A DNA stretch of 63,283 nucleotides, counting the filler, from Atractiella rhizophila (taxonomy: Eukaryota): assembly GCA_021432655.1 (NCBI GenBank). It is 12 parts of 12 records of this genome, joined end to end, with 100 filler letters (N's around TTAATTAATTAA, not from the genome) between each part and the next. Parts side by side here need not be neighbours in the genome. Positions count along the whole stretch, not along the records: positions 60,364 to 63,283 come from MU272387.1; 11 more parts are not named here. One strand, 5' to 3'. Positions 61,450 to 63,283 of the stretch are shown here, piece after piece. The notes below the pieces were generated by a model. It saw only the letters and a list, made by a program, of their open reading frames with translations. It was not told where the DNA came from and searched no databases. Within the stretch, counting starts at the first letter, position 1. Every line of letters begins with the position of its first letter. A program made the translations under genes and the position numbers.

Positions 61450-63283
61450 TTAGTCCAACTGATCGTACAAATGGTCCACTTTCCCACTCAGATTGGTTCT
61501 GACCACCTCCCCGACCTCCCTCGCCTTCCCGCCCTTTCCTCCAAGCTCTTCCACGATTGCCTTATTGCTCATCCCGCTGGGTGGGTTCCACTTTTGCCTC
61601 AGCCTTTTCAGCTTCATGTGATAATCATGCAGCTGGTATTTCAGTCTACGCAGCGCCTCGTCCGTCGCTTTTTTATCATTCTCCAACGCTTCGGCGCTCA
61701 TCGTATCCCGCTTTGGTTCTGTGGAGCAAATCTTGAAAATTTGGGCTTCTGACAGCGCCCACAGACCCTTCATGTTTGATGTCTGCGCAGGGAAGAGGCG
61801 TTCTCCAAAGGGAGCTAGACGCGGTGTTTGCGCCTGGAGATATTGCTATGTGTGACCAATCAGCCGTCATTTCTACACTCCAAGATCACTGATTGTGCTC
61901 ACCAAACACCTTGCTCGCGACCATAAATTTGGGTTTTCTGATTCCATCGATTGACCTGCCATAACCGAGCTCTCCATCCCTTCGTCGACGCTGTCCTCAG
62001 CACTCAACTAGAACTCGTTCACCTCTGACCCGACATCTACCTGGGAAATTACTCACTCGGAAAGGAGTGACATATTTAAGAGTGTTCAGACTATCTTCTA
62101 AATCTATACCACAGGGCGAGAGGCATCCAAGAATGAGCAACCGGCTCTGGCGATTCACGCCACGCTCAAAGACAGAGCGCAGAACCATTGTCAGTTTGGA
62201 GTTACGCCAAGGCACGTGAACTCTCTTGTCCTCCTCAGCAAGAAGTCGACTTCGTATACAATCCTAAAGGCTTGTCAATTTACACGTGTTATGTGATAGA
62301 TAGAGTAGAGGTCACCTTTAACGCTGCCAGACTTTTGTTAGTTTCTATAGACTCCTTCACACGCTCTTGAGACCGATTCTTCGTTAAATACTCGGATCGC
62401 TCAAAACCTGTTTCTCGTCATAAGTACGAAATAACCGTCTCAAAGGTGGCGGCACACCAGCTAGATCTATCATTGTAAAACGAGATGCCACAGATTCCTG
62501 GCCGGGGACGGGATGTAGGACTGTCAAATGGATAACTGCATGTGATCTACCTCGTCATCAGCATTGCCCACCGGCTACGGAAGGACATTCGTACCTGCTG
62601 CTCGTGTCATTCTTTACGGTACTTCGCGTTCTCCTCTCACTGGCAGCCCTATGAATTAGGATTTTCAAATCTTCTTCTGTCCAGACGTCCATGGGAGGAG
62701 AGCCCAATATAGGTAGTCTCCCCGACCGCGTCGCCACCCAATATTTTAACAGGCTGAAGAGACGGAGTGGAGAGAAGATCGAACGCGTGATTTTTGACCG
62801 TCTTGCCGGATTTCAAAGGCTGAGAGAGAAATACGAGTGTTTGGGTCAAGGGATGGCATGCTTTTGAAAATGTCGGCAATGACATAGTCTGCCTCCGAAT
62901 CATGTTGAGGAGCGCGGAATGAGTGCAACAGTGAACGGACCTTCTAATGCAGTCATTGTAAAAGTCTTTCCGGTCCCTGTCTGTCCATAAGCGATAACAA
63001 GAGTGTCGCATCCCTTCCCTCTCTTCGGGACTTCCATCAACTCCTTCACAAAACTCTCCATCTTTGTCTCTCTGTAGACGTCCTCATTACTATCCTCCAT
63101 TCCAAACACTCGGTCGGCAAGAAAATGCTTTAGTCGCAAACCTCCCACCGCTCCAGCGATTTGAAGGCGTCACGACATGGATTTGATCCGACGAGGGAGG
63201 GAAGTAGAAAAGCGAAAGAGCATCTCCCTCGTGCGGAGGAGAGGACGACAACGGAGATATTGGCCACTTTGTCGTTTGCTAAT
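61450..63283 (-). CDS. Kinesin motor-domain protein (5' end beyond window)
   Basis: P-loop AYGQTGTGKTFTM; switch I NDTSSR|SHAV; switch II DLA|GFER; TNKSLAAL; RNSKLTMVLR; LNTLKY. Confidence 0.88.

Overview
This is eukaryotic, intron-rich fungal DNA (short ~50-nt GT-AG introns; basidiomycete-like by inference). It is not one contiguous locus. Twelve unrelated ~5.3-5.5 kb scaffolds are concatenated in strictly decreasing length order and joined by 100-bp spacers (44 N + TTAATTAATTAA + 44 N). Recognisable genes: a Zn2Cys6 transcription factor, two MFS transporters, nitronate monooxygenase, RPL2, an F-box/LRR gene with a pseudogene paralogue, carotenoid oxygenase, NoxB, a PLAC8 protein, CSN12/PCID2-like, COQ5, RCY1, TFB3, RBX1, GST, a lipase-like hydrolase, DJ-1/PfpI, a thaumatin-like protein, a beta-lactamase-family hydrolase, SUR7/PalI paralogues, SDH2, an HD-domain hydrolase and a kinesin. 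Main oddities: (1) two mirror segments (~12270-14817 and 46182-~47703) that make sense only when reversed without complementing, the first hiding a spliced ~340-codon gene invisible to six-frame translation (most likely a processing artefact); (2) a 1926-bp TA-flanked CACTG...CAGTG element with a stop-riddled ORF and dense subterminal hairpins; (3) two very long introns (1241 and 798 bp); (4) a 1.6-kb tandem duplication of the PalI/SDH2 divergent promoter; (5) convergent genes whose stop codons are 2 bp apart. I found no convincing novel multi-gene biological system.
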